A stretch of DNA of 52,606 bases from a virus. Taxonomy: Duplodnaviria; Caudoviricetes. The translations under genes and the position numbers were made by a program. Shown here one piece after another: positions 26,772 to 35,570 of the stretch; position 1 is the stretch's first letter, and each line of letters starts with the position of its first letter. The stretch spans positions 1 through 52,606 of IMG/VR virus record IMGVR_UViG_3300010367_000142, one strand, 5' to 3'. The notes below the pieces were generated by a model that ran no database searches, was not told where the DNA came from, and was given only the letters and a program-made list of their open reading frames with translations.

Positions 26772-27242
26772 ATGGACTTCAACGACGCCCTCAACACCGT
26801 CCTCGCGGACCTCACCCCCCAGCCCTGGGACTACACCGGCCCCGACGGGACCACCCTCCGCGTCATCCCCGCCGGGCTCCGCGAGGACAAGGGCCGCGCC
26901 GAGGTACTCATCCGCATCACCCGCGCCGACGCCACCGGGCTCTACGACTACGGGATCACCGGCCCGGACAGTCGCGGCGTCGCCGAAGTCGGCGTCACCA
27001 CCACGGACCTGCCCAAGGTGATCGAGGCGCTCACCGAACGAGGATGGTGGGCCGACAACACGCTGATCTCCGGAGCCCTGCTGGTCGCGGCAGCTTCCGG
27101 AGGGGTGGCCGTGGGCGTCACGGAGGAGCACGGTGTCGGACAGCATGTCGACGTTGGGATGGTGCTTCCGGAATCCCAGCGCCTCCCGCTCGCGTCCGCG
27201 CTGCGCCGGGCGATGGATGTTGCGCGCGGGTGGGAGGACTGA
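26772..27242 (+). CDS. Hypothetical protein
   Basis: AAGGA RBS, high GC3. Confidence 0.7.
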   Translation: MDFNDALNTVLADLTPQPWDYTGPDGTTLRVIPAGLREDKGRAEVLIRITRADATGLYDYGITGPDSRGVAEVGVTTTDLPKVIEALTERGWWADNTLISGALLVAAASGGVAVGVTEEHGVGQHVDVGMVLPESQRLPLASALRRAMDVARGWED

Positions 27243-27314
27243 GCTTCACGACCCGGGGCCCGCGTCGACCATGCGGGCCCGCCAACCGACCGCCCGACAC
27301 GACAGGATTGCCAC

Positions 27315-27575
27315 ATGACCGACCCGCCCTCCCGCTCCGAACGGATGCGTCGGCGCCGAGCCAACCGGACCACCCACCCGGCCACCGCACAGGAGCGAAT
27401 GCGGGCAGTGCACGCCGACGCGTACACGAACTGGCCCGACGGAGACCCGATCTGCGCCACCTGCCACAACGGCGACTGCCCCCGCTACTGGCGGATACAG
27501 CAGCGGCTCGACCGGCAGGAAGCCAAACGGCGGGCCGAACTGCCGGCCGCCCTCTACGACGAGGAACCCTGGTAG
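27315..27575 (+). CDS. Hypothetical protein
   Basis: CATCHNGDCP motif. Confidence 0.6.
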   Translation: MTDPPSRSERMRRRRANRTTHPATAQERMRAVHADAYTNWPDGDPICATCHNGDCPRYWRIQQRLDRQEAKRRAELPAALYDEEPW

Positions 27576-27637
27576 CCGGCCCTGCCCAAGCATCCCGCTA
27601 CGACCGCCTGCACTGGAACCGAGACAAGGACTGACCC

Positions 27638-27994
27638 GTGAACCTGGACCGTGAGCCCGCCGCCATCGCCCGAAGCGCCGCCGAAGAAATCCGAGCCCTC
27701 AACCACCGCACCCTCGGAACCCACGCCTTCGAGGAGCCCTCCCAGATCTACAACACCATCAACGAGGTCAAGCAGGCCGTTTGGGGCATGCCGCAGGCCA
27801 TCGAACAGAGCTGGTGCGAACTGCGCACCATGAGGGACGCCGGCAATATCCGGATGGACAACGACACCGACGTGGCCGAAGGGGCGGAGAAGGCGCGGCA
27901 GGAGCTGAACGACGCGCGCCAACTGCTCGCACAGGCAGGCCAGGCCCTCGACCGCGCCACCCAGACCCTCTCCCACATGGGCGGCCAGTGGTGA
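27638..27994 (+). CDS. Helical hypothetical protein
   Basis: AAEEIRALNHRT motif; AAGGA RBS. Confidence 0.7.
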   Translation: MNLDREPAAIARSAAEEIRALNHRTLGTHAFEEPSQIYNTINEVKQAVWGMPQAIEQSWCELRTMRDAGNIRMDNDTDVAEGAEKARQELNDARQLLAQAGQALDRATQTLSHMGGQW

Positions 27995-28380
27995 CCGCCG
28001 CCTGGCCGTTCGGCACCGACGCCGAAACGCAGATGCTCGTCTCCTACCTGCTGGAACACCGCAACTACTGGTTCGGCAACGAGGGCTACGCCCGGAAGAT
28101 GGACCAGCGCCCGCTCGACGTCGACAGCGGATGGAAAACGGTCACGTTCATCAAATACGGGTCGGATGACTGGGGTTACGGCCGCTCATCATGGACCTAC
28201 GGACCAACGTTCGTGCCGTCCCCGCCAAACAGCCGAGGCACCCAGTACGAGCACGCCAAGCATCCCGGCCCGCTACCGCTGGAGCGAGTGATGGACTTGG
28301 TGCACACCGTCGGCAGCGACGAGCCGATGCAGCACTGGTCCGACTGGAAGAAGGCGCACCCGGAGGTGTTCCCCACGTGA
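27991..28380 (+). CDS. Hypothetical protein
   Basis: GTGA overlap; aromatic-rich. Confidence 0.6.
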   Translation: MTAAWPFGTDAETQMLVSYLLEHRNYWFGNEGYARKMDQRPLDVDSGWKTVTFIKYGSDDWGYGRSSWTYGPTFVPSPPNSRGTQYEHAKHPGPLPLERVMDLVHTVGSDEPMQHWSDWKKAHPEVFPT

Positions 28381-28615
28381 GCGCACACCCGCACCGGCAC
28401 GACACGACCGAGGTGCTGAAGGAAACGCTGGTCCGCGTGAGCGCCGGTGCCCAGCGGAACGAACTGCCGTGACCATCCGCCCCTGTGGCCCTGCTTCGCT
28501 GTCCGGAGCGGGGCCACAGTCGTGTCCCCGATAGGCCCCAATCGCGGTACATGCCCCACCATCCCCGGCAGTTCGGCGATACGATCCCCGCCTCAACGAC
28601 ACCTCGGGGGACCCT

Positions 28616-29197
28616 ATGTACGCCCGCGCCAGAGCCGCCGCGCTCGCTATGATCGCCGCCCTCAGCCTCACCGCCTGCAGTGCCGGAAGCACCGTCACCA
28701 GCACACCCAAAGCATCAGTCAGCGCCAGCAAGGACGCCACCACGGACGCCCCGGCCGAGGAGACGCCGACCGCACCGAAGGCCGCCAAGGTCGGCGACAC
28801 CATCGCCCTCAAAGGCACCGAAGACGGCAGCAAACTGGACGTGACGGTGGTGAAGACCGTCGACCCCGCCAAGTCGGCCGACGAGTTCACCACCCCCGAA
28901 GACGGCAACCGGTGGATCGGCGTGCAGTTCCGGCTCGTCAACACCGGCACCATCGCCTACAGCGACAGCCCCGGCAACGGAACAAAGATCGCCGACAGTG
29001 AGGGCCAGCAGTTCACCTCCGTGCTCGCCGACATCAGCGCCGGCCCGTCCATGGCGAGCGGCGTCGACCTGAAGCCGGGCTCGAAAGCGCTGGGCTGGGT
29101 CGTCTTCGAAGTCCCGAAAGCGTCGAAGGGTGCGACGGTGCAGTTCACGATGGACAGTGGGTTCGCGGATCAGACCGGGGAGTGGAAGCTGTCGTAA
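28616..29197 (+). CDS. DUF4352-like lipoprotein
   Basis: Lipobox LTAC, Thr/Ala linker, AKVGDTI..DVTVVK..VQFRLVNTG..GWVVFEVP. Confidence 0.82.
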   Translation: MYARARAAALAMIAALSLTACSAGSTVTSTPKASVSASKDATTDAPAEETPTAPKAAKVGDTIALKGTEDGSKLDVTVVKTVDPAKSADEFTTPEDGNRWIGVQFRLVNTGTIAYSDSPGNGTKIADSEGQQFTSVLADISAGPSMASGVDLKPGSKALGWVVFEVPKASKGATVQFTMDSGFADQTGEWKLS

Positions 29198-29210
29198 CGC
29201 TCCTGCCGCT

Positions 29211-29243
29211 GGCCCGGTCACCCTTGTGGGCGGCCGGGCTTTC
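29211..29243 (+). terminator. Intrinsic terminator
   Basis: GGCCCGGTC...GGCCGGGCT followed by TT. Confidence 0.65.
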
Positions 29244-29345
29244 GCGTGTGCGGGACGCTACTGAGCCATTGGCCCGGTGTTGTCGGCTGATAGTGCACCA
29301 TTGGCTCAGAAACACCCTGCTTCCCGCACCGCACGAGGAGCCGCC

Positions 29346-30047
29346 GTGTACGACCACTCCACGCCGCTGGACGAATACTCCTGGCCTTCCTGCGCATCCT
29401 GTGGGCGGGAACTCTGGACCGCTGAGGCCGGACGGTTCGCCTGCCGGCCGTGCGAAGACAAGACGGCCGCCCGCATCGCCGAACTCCCCGCCCTGTTCCG
29501 GCAGCTGGACACGACCGCCGCCCTGATGCGTGGCGCACGACGGCCCGGCGCCGGGGGAGGGAGCAAGACGCCGCCGATCCCGCCTCGCCTGGAAGTCCTC
29601 GCGCTGGTCGGCCCGGGTGGTGTCGCGGCCCGGCTGTCGGCGATCGAGGATTCGTGGCGGGCGATGCTCGGCTGGACGGTCGCACCTTGGCGCGGCTCCC
29701 CGGCGCAGTCCGTGCCGCTGCTGGCCGCGTTCCTCGCCAACAACCTCCTGTGGGCGTGCGGCAGCTATGAGGAGGTTGGGCAGGACATCGACGACCTACG
29801 GCGCCTGCACAGCGAGTGCACGGCCTTGGTCCTCGACGAACGGCGTCCCGGCCGCGTCCAGATCGGGAACTGCCCCACCCTCCGCGCCGACAACCGGGTG
29901 TGCTGGACGCCGCTCACCGCCCGCGCCGACAGTCACCGCATCCACTGCCCGGCCTGCGACAGCCGGTGGGAGACCCTCGGGGAATGGCGGGAGTTGCGGG
30001 CCGGGCAGGAACGGGTGCTCGCCGAAGCGGCAGGAGTCGCGGCATGA
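29346..30047 (+). CDS. Zn-finger protein, putative late-gene regulator
   Basis: N-terminal CxxC..CxxC, C-terminal IGNCP..C..IHCPACDSRW; position before the late region. Confidence 0.6.
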   Translation: MYDHSTPLDEYSWPSCASCGRELWTAEAGRFACRPCEDKTAARIAELPALFRQLDTTAALMRGARRPGAGGGSKTPPIPPRLEVLALVGPGGVAARLSAIEDSWRAMLGWTVAPWRGSPAQSVPLLAAFLANNLLWACGSYEEVGQDIDDLRRLHSECTALVLDERRPGRVQIGNCPTLRADNRVCWTPLTARADSHRIHCPACDSRWETLGEWRELRAGQERVLAEAAGVAA

Positions 30048-30352
30048 GCGAAGCGACCCAAGCGACCGAGCTGCGGGACCGTCTCGCCGACGTCATCCGG
30101 GAGTTCCCGTTCGACAACTATGGCCTCGACGACGTCTCGTATCTCCTCGAAGACACCCCGGACACGCAGGAGTGGGTGCCCGCGCTCGCCGCCGCCATCC
30201 TTCCCCTGGTGCAGCACCTTGAGGCGGAGGTCGCCGCAGCCCGGAAGTACGCCGACGAGATGCGGGGCTTCTGCTCCCCGCACGGCGTGTCCGTGCACTA
30301 CGCGGAGCAACTCGTCGAGGCCATGGACCGGGCGAAGGGCGGCCAGCCGTGA
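30044..30352 (+). CDS. Hypothetical protein
   Basis: ATGA overlap. Confidence 0.65.
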   Translation: MSEATQATELRDRLADVIREFPFDNYGLDDVSYLLEDTPDTQEWVPALAAAILPLVQHLEAEVAAARKYADEMRGFCSPHGVSVHYAEQLVEAMDRAKGGQP

Positions 30353-30744
30353 GCGAGATCGCCGACTTCCTGCGCGCCCGGTACGCCGAGGTACGCGTCC
30401 GCGCGAGCGCAAGGGTGCGGATGATCCCCAGCGCGTTCGACGGGCACGACGTCGAGATCGTGTGCGACTTCGACGGCGAGCGACTGCTCGTCGACGGTCA
30501 CCCATTCCCCATGGACAAGTGGCGCAAGGCTGCGACCGAGCCCGCGCCTGACTCGGACGTCATCGCCGACCTCGACGCCAAGCTCGCCATCGTCAACCTC
30601 ATGGACGAGACGCTCAGGTGCGCGGAAGGCGATTCGGAAGTCGACCATTACGGCGCGCTCGGCAACGCTGAGGATGTCCTGCGCCTCCTTGCGCGCCCGT
30701 TCGCCGGGCGCGCGGATCACAAGGGTGAGGGGTGGGCGCCGTGA
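30349..30744 (+). CDS. DUF6221-like protein
   Basis: IADFLRARYAE..VIADLDAKLAIV..LRLLARPF..W.P. Confidence 0.65.
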   Translation: MSEIADFLRARYAEVRVRASARVRMIPSAFDGHDVEIVCDFDGERLLVDGHPFPMDKWRKAATEPAPDSDVIADLDAKLAIVNLMDETLRCAEGDSEVDHYGALGNAEDVLRLLARPFAGRADHKGEGWAP

Positions 30745-31076
30745 GTATCGCGCTGCTCAACCTCGCCCACGCCTACGAGCGCGAAGCCTGCAACATGTGG
30801 ACGTCTGATCGAGACCGGCAGGCGCTCCGGGAATCCGCCGCCCTGTTCCGGCGCATGATCTGCAACCGTCACGCTGCCGACCCGGCCAGGCTGAAGCTGG
30901 CCCTCGCCATGCTCATCGACGTCGCCGAACGCTGGTGCCGCCAACACGGCTACCGGACCGTCGTCGGACACGGCGGCTACATCCTCCAGCGCGGCGAGGA
31001 ACCCGCGCTCGTCGCAGGATTCGGAGACACGCTGCTGTGGGACGGGGAGCGGGTCAGGGTGGCGGAGATGCCGTGA
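30741..31076 (+). CDS. Hypothetical protein
   Basis: GTGA overlap. Confidence 0.6.
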   Translation: MSIALLNLAHAYEREACNMWTSDRDRQALRESAALFRRMICNRHAADPARLKLALAMLIDVAERWCRQHGYRTVVGHGGYILQRGEEPALVAGFGDTLLWDGERVRVAEMP

Positions 31077-31393
31077 CCGCCCCGCCGAACATCCGCCTTA
31101 TCGACGGCCGTCGCATGCAGGGCAAGGACATCCCCGACGAGGCATTCCTCGACGCCGTCCGCCGCACCCCCGGCATCCCAGCCATGAACTGGCGCAACCG
31201 GTGGGAAGTCCACGTCACCATCGAACTCGAACTCGGGACGATCCCAGAGAACCTGCTCCTCGCGAAGGCCCGCAAGCTGACCGCCGCCGGGAAGCTGGGC
31301 GGGTGCCCATGCGGATGCCGAGGCGACTGGCATCCGGCCGACGAGCGCAAAGGCGGATCAACATGCTGCGAGATACCCCAACGCACCCCTTGA
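31073..31393 (+). CDS. Hypothetical protein with GCPCGCRGD motif
   Basis: MQGKDIPDEAFL..LLLAKARKL..GGCPCGCRGDW. Confidence 0.7.
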   Translation: MTAPPNIRLIDGRRMQGKDIPDEAFLDAVRRTPGIPAMNWRNRWEVHVTIELELGTIPENLLLAKARKLTAAGKLGGCPCGCRGDWHPADERKGGSTCCEIPQRTP

Positions 31394-31413
31394 CAGCACT
31401 TCAATCACATGGG

Positions 31414-31497
31414 TTGCGCCCGTGACCAGGGCGAGCTTATGGTGTGGTTCAGTCGATCTAGCTGTCTGAAGGGCCGTCCTCACCGGACGGCCCTTTC
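31414..31497 (+). promoter_or_regulatory. Promoter followed by immediate terminator (candidate late control)
   Basis: TTGCGC-N18-TATGGT, then AAGGGCCGTCC-N5-GGACGGCCCTTT at 31469-31496. Confidence 0.55.
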
Positions 31498-31518
31498 GCG
31501 CGTCTCGGGGGTGGTCGA

Positions 31519-31764
31519 ATGCCCGGCCTGCTCATACCTGTCGACCTCGCCGCCCACGTAGCGGGACATCCGGAAGCAACGATCCGGAGATGGGCCTGTG
31601 AAGGCCGACTCACTCGCTACCCGGACTCGTCCCGCCGCAAGAACGGCGTGCTGTACGACATCGACGAGATCCCCGAGGCGAAGCGTCACACGGACACGCT
31701 GAAGCTCATCGAGCCCGGCGCGACCCCGCCCGCCATCGGGACGGCGTCGCAACTCGCCGCCTGA
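31519..31764 (+). CDS. HTH DNA-binding protein
   Basis: AAHVAGHPEATIRRWACEGRLT...LYDIDEI. Confidence 0.75.
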   Translation: MPGLLIPVDLAAHVAGHPEATIRRWACEGRLTRYPDSSRRKNGVLYDIDEIPEAKRHTDTLKLIEPGATPPAIGTASQLAA

Positions 31765-31876
31765 AGACTCCTGCGCGGCGGTGCGCAGGCGGCCCTCGAA
31801 GCGCCACGCGCTCGGGCCACACCGTCCGCCCGGCCCTGTGAGGGGGCCGGGCGGACGAACAACCCTGGAAGGTGCC

Positions 31877-32137
31877 GTGTCGGACGCCGTCTACCGGTAC
31901 GAGGTCCCCGTCGACGGCCGCTGGCATCCGCTCCAACTGTCCGGGCGCATCGTTCACGTCGACTGCCGCAATCCGCGCGCCGTCGAAGTGTGGGCACTCC
32001 ACACCGACGGGCCTACCGTGACCCGCAGCTTCCGCGTCTACGGCACGGGCCACCCGCTCCCGCCCGGCATTGAGTACGTCGGCACCGCCATCGCGCCCGG
32101 CGGGCAACTCGTCTGGCACCTCATCGAAAGCCCATAG
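31877..32137 (+). CDS. Conserved phage protein
   Basis: VYRYEVPVD..FRVYGTGHPLP..YVGT..LVWHLIE. Confidence 0.7.
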   Translation: MSDAVYRYEVPVDGRWHPLQLSGRIVHVDCRNPRAVEVWALHTDGPTVTRSFRVYGTGHPLPPGIEYVGTAIAPGGQLVWHLIESP

Positions 32138-32227
32138 CCCGGGGCCGGCCGCTCCGTGGGCCCCGATCGTCCCGCCGCCCGGAACCTACGCCCCGGACGG
32201 CGGGACTCAAACGCTGCGGAGGACGTC

Positions 32228-32350
32228 ATGCGCCGCGCCGTGATCGTCGCCCTGTTCGTCCTCGCCTGGACGATCGGCCCCGTCGTGAACGTCGGCGACG
32301 GACCTGTACCGCCGCCCGCGCCCGCGCCGACCGCGACCGTCAGCCGCTGA
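32228..32350 (+). CDS. Small secreted/membrane peptide
   Basis: GGAGG RBS; MRRAVIVALFVLAWTIG. Confidence 0.45.
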   Translation: MRRAVIVALFVLAWTIGPVVNVGDGPVPPPAPAPTATVSR

Positions 32351-32365
32351 GCCAGGGGGTGCGCC

Positions 32366-33982
32366 GTGGCCTTCCCCGTAGGCGCCCAGACGATCACGCT
32401 GACCGGCACGTTTCCCGTCCCCGTCGGCGGTACCGCCCGAGCCGGCCGTATCGTCCTCACCCCGTCCGCGACGCTCGTCGACGCAACACAGAAGGCCATC
32501 TACAGCGGCGGCGGCACCCTAACCCTCGACAACGCCGGCAAGTTCACCGTCGTCCTCCTGTGCACCAACGACACCGACGTACAACCGACAGGCTGGCGGT
32601 GGCGCGTCGACGAGCAGCCCTCCGGCGGACCGCGGCGCACCTACTGGATCGACCTGCCCTCCACGCTCGGCCCCACCGTCGACCTGTCGACGCTCGCACC
32701 CGTATCCGCACCCGACGGCACCGGCGGCGGCAGTCAGACCGCCACCCCCACCGGACCCGCAGGCGGAGCACTCACCGGCACCTACCCCAACCCGAACCTG
32801 TCGTCCGGAACCATCGCCAGCTTCGACCCGGCCGGCGCCGCCGCAACGGCACAGACCGCGGCAGCAGCCGACGCGACCACGAAGGCCAACGCAGCACAGA
32901 CAGCGGCAACGAGCGCCGCGGCCACGGACGCTACGGCGAAAGTCGCAGCACACACGGTCGCCTCCGATCCCCACGGAGACCGGGCCGCCGCATCGTCTGC
33001 ACTCGCCGCCCACGCAGCCGACAGCACCGACGTGCACGGCATCACGAACACGGCCGCGCTGGAAACTGCGGCCGGCGCCCAAGCCAAAGCCGACAGCGCA
33101 CAGACCGCCGCGACCACTGCGGCGGCCAGCGACGCGACGAGCAAGGTCACCGCGCACACCGGTGCGAGCGACCCCCACGGCGACAGGGCCTACGCCGACA
33201 CCCAGACCGCCACGCGAGTGCCCACCACCCGGCAGATCACCGCCGGAACTGGCCTCACCGGAGGCGGCACCCTCGCCGCAGACCGCACCCTCGCCGTTAC
33301 CTACGGCGCCACCGCCGGAACCGCGGCCGAGGGCAACGACGGGCGCCTCGCAGACGCGCGGACCCCGACCGGCGCTGCGGGCGGCGACCTGTCCGGCACC
33401 TACCCCAACCCGACCGTCGGCAAGGTCAACGGGGTTGCCGTCACCGGCACCCCCACCGCCGGCCAGGTCCCCACCGCCACCTCAGGAGCCGCGGCCTCCT
33501 GGCAGACACCATCCGGCGGCGGCACCACAATCCGCAGCGCCACAGTGCGGATCACCGACGGGGCTATCGCAGACCTACCTTCGGCACCGGCCTGGACGAT
33601 CGCAATGACGTCCGTCGGCACCCTGCTGCAATGCTCCATCGCTGCGGATCCAGCTGATCGACTCCGGCTGGAAGCGGACTTCATGCGCATCGGCACGCGC
33701 TTCCTCGACTGGGTGCTGCTCGACAACACGGGCACGCCGGACGAGTACGGGACGACCCGCACCAGCACTCCGCCAGCCGAGGGCTCGCCGTCGATGTATC
33801 CGAGCACCAGCTTCGGCTACGTGCAGGGCAGCAAGCAGTTCGTGGTGGCCGCCCGGCACATCAACGCAGGCATGGCGACGATTGCACTCGCCCAGCAAGG
33901 CACCTCATCGGGCAAGGTGTACGCGCACACGACGTACCCGTTCGAACTGACGCTGACGAACATCGGCCCCGAACCCGCCTGA
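32366..33982 (+). CDS. Fibre-like virion protein with internal repeats
   Basis: Ala/Thr/Gly-rich; TPTGxAGGxLxGTYPNP x2, [20 protein letters not shown] x2, [11 protein letters not shown]. Confidence 0.7.
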   Translation: MAFPVGAQTITLTGTFPVPVGGTARAGRIVLTPSATLVDATQKAIYSGGGTLTLDNAGKFTVVLLCTNDTDVQPTGWRWRVDEQPSGGPRRTYWIDLPSTLGPTVDLSTLAPVSAPDGTGGGSQTATPTGPAGGALTGTYPNPNLSSGTIASFDPAGAAATAQTAAAADATTKANAAQTAATSAAATDATAKVAAHTVASDPHGDRAAASSALAAHAADSTDVHGITNTAALETAAGAQAKADSAQTAATTAAASDATSKVTAHTGASDPHGDRAYADTQTATRVPTTRQITAGTGLTGGGTLAADRTLAVTYGATAGTAAEGNDGRLADARTPTGAAGGDLSGTYPNPTVGKVNGVAVTGTPTAGQVPTATSGAAASWQTPSGGGTTIRSATVRITDGAIADLPSAPAWTIAMTSVGTLLQCSIAADPADRLRLEADFMRIGTRFLDWVLLDNTGTPDEYGTTRTSTPPAEGSPSMYPSTSFGYVQGSKQFVVAARHINAGMATIALAQQGTSSGKVYAHTTYPFELTLTNIGPEPA

Positions 33983-34013
33983 CGGCGTAGACGACTTCAG
34001 GAGGGCAGCAGCC

Positions 34014-34400
34014 ATCGCAGACAACTTGGTCAACACAGCCGAGAATCTGACGCTCGATTGGATCACCGGCGTAGGGACGCCGACCCGGCCGACGACACCG
34101 CTCAAGGTGGCCCTCGTCACCGCGAACGGCAGCGACAGCGCGGCCGGCACCGAAGTGACCGGCGGATCGTATGCGCGGAAAACCCTCGCCGTCGCCGCCG
34201 CCGTATCCGGCGCCACCAGCAACAGCGCCGACCTCGTCTGGACCGGGATGCCCGCCGCAACCGTCGTCGGCGTGGAGATCTGGGACTCCGCAGGCACGCC
34301 CGTCCGCCTCTGGTACGGGGCGCTCGCCGTCAACCGCACGGTGGCGTCCGGGGATGAACTGAAGATCGTCGCCGGATCGTTGGCGATCTCGATTTCCTAG
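34014..34400 (+). CDS. Small fibre/minor structural protein; probable ATC start (alternative TTG at 34026)
   Basis: GTEVTGGSYAR motif; GGAGGG RBS 8 nt before ATC. Confidence 0.7.
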   Translation: MADNLVNTAENLTLDWITGVGTPTRPTTPLKVALVTANGSDSAAGTEVTGGSYARKTLAVAAAVSGATSNSADLVWTGMPAATVVGVEIWDSAGTPVRLWYGALAVNRTVASGDELKIVAGSLAISIS

Positions 34401-34413
34401 TTGGGGAGGCCGA

Positions 34414-35256
34414 ATGCCCAGCCTCTCCACCCTTGTGGACAATTTTAACGACGGAACGATAGGGGCGAACTGGGGCAACAGCTACGGCGGCGTCACCGAA
34501 TCCGCAGGCAAAGCCCACGTCCCCTGCACCACCAACTACGCCGGCTACCAGACCGCCTACAGTTGGACCCTCGCCGGCGCCGCCTTCTACGTGGCCGTCA
34601 CCACCGTCCCAGCAGCGTCCACCGCCACCGAGGCCTACGCGTCCGTGTTCGTCAACGCGCCCGACATCGCCACCAGCGGCGTGCGCATCGGATTCGTCAT
34701 CAACGCCGTCACCGGGCTCCTCAAGTTCTCGAGTGAGACCGGCTACTTCGATGCGGGCGCCACCACCGTCACCTACTCGGCGGTCACCCACAAATTTCTG
34801 CGCCTCCGCGAAACCGGCGGCAACGTCCTATGGGACACCAGCCCCGACGGCACCACCTGGACCAACCGGCGAACCCTCGCCACCCCCGCATGGATCGCCG
34901 CAGCCGTCGACACCTGCGCGCTAGACCTGTCCGCACACCGCGACGCCGGCACCAACGACGAGGCCGCCTACGACCTGTTCAACACCCTCGCCGACGGCGC
35001 CGTCTTCACCGCCACCGCCACACTCACCGCCGAAAGCGCCCTCACCGCCAGCGCGGCAGCCGTCACCGTCGTCACCGCGGACCTCACCGCCGACAGCACC
35101 CTCACAGCCGCAGCAGCCCTCACCGCCATGGCCACCGCAACCCTCACCGCCGAATCCGACCTTGGCGCTGAAACGACAGGCGCCGCAGCAACCGACATCG
35201 ACACCCTCGTCGGCACACCCCGCAGCGGATGGGCGGTGAGCGGCCCATGGCGATGA
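34414..35256 (+). CDS. Minor structural protein, beta-rich domain plus Thr/Ala repeat stalk
   Basis: DNFND...WDTSPDGTTWT; LTAxS repeated at 20-aa period. Confidence 0.7.
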   Translation: MPSLSTLVDNFNDGTIGANWGNSYGGVTESAGKAHVPCTTNYAGYQTAYSWTLAGAAFYVAVTTVPAASTATEAYASVFVNAPDIATSGVRIGFVINAVTGLLKFSSETGYFDAGATTVTYSAVTHKFLRLRETGGNVLWDTSPDGTTWTNRRTLATPAWIAAAVDTCALDLSAHRDAGTNDEAAYDLFNTLADGAVFTATATLTAESALTASAAAVTVVTADLTADSTLTAAAALTAMATATLTAESDLGAETTGAAATDIDTLVGTPRSGWAVSGPWR

Positions 35257-35555
35257 AACTCGCCGCGACCAGCACCGAATACGTGCGCGTCACCGCCGAA
35301 TCCCGGGCAGCAGGATCCGTCATCACCCCCGCCGCAGCACCCAAGTTCGCGTTCCTGCCCGCCTCGACCAGCGACAACCCAACAGCCGAGGACTGGACCG
35401 ACGGCGAATGGAACGTCCCCTGGGCCCGCATCCTGGTCGGCCCCAACGGCGGCGCCCTCACCCTCGCAGCCGGCGAATACAGCGTGTGGCTCACCTGGAC
35501 AGCCGGAACAGAAACCCCCGTCTACCGCACCGGCGGAACCCTCACCGTCTACTGA
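35253..35555 (+). CDS. Small beta-rich phage protein
   Basis: ATGA overlap; ARILVGP..GEYSVWL..ETPV. Confidence 0.7.
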   Translation: MKLAATSTEYVRVTAESRAAGSVITPAAAPKFAFLPASTSDNPTAEDWTDGEWNVPWARILVGPNGGALTLAAGEYSVWLTWTAGTETPVYRTGGTLTVY

Positions 35556-35570
35556 ACCGGAGCCTGCGCC

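Noticed and set aside
29280-29302. Second PafBC-like motif TTGTCGG
   Set aside because: Spacing and -10 element do not fit the consensus
8780-29345. Autonomous nested AICE
   Set aside because: No integrase, Rep or bounding direct repeats seen; a decayed AICE cannot be fully excluded without alignment
32740-33420. Internal DNA repeats as a diversity-generating or phase-variation system
   Set aside because: They correspond to in-frame protein repeats of the fibre; no RT or invertase nearby
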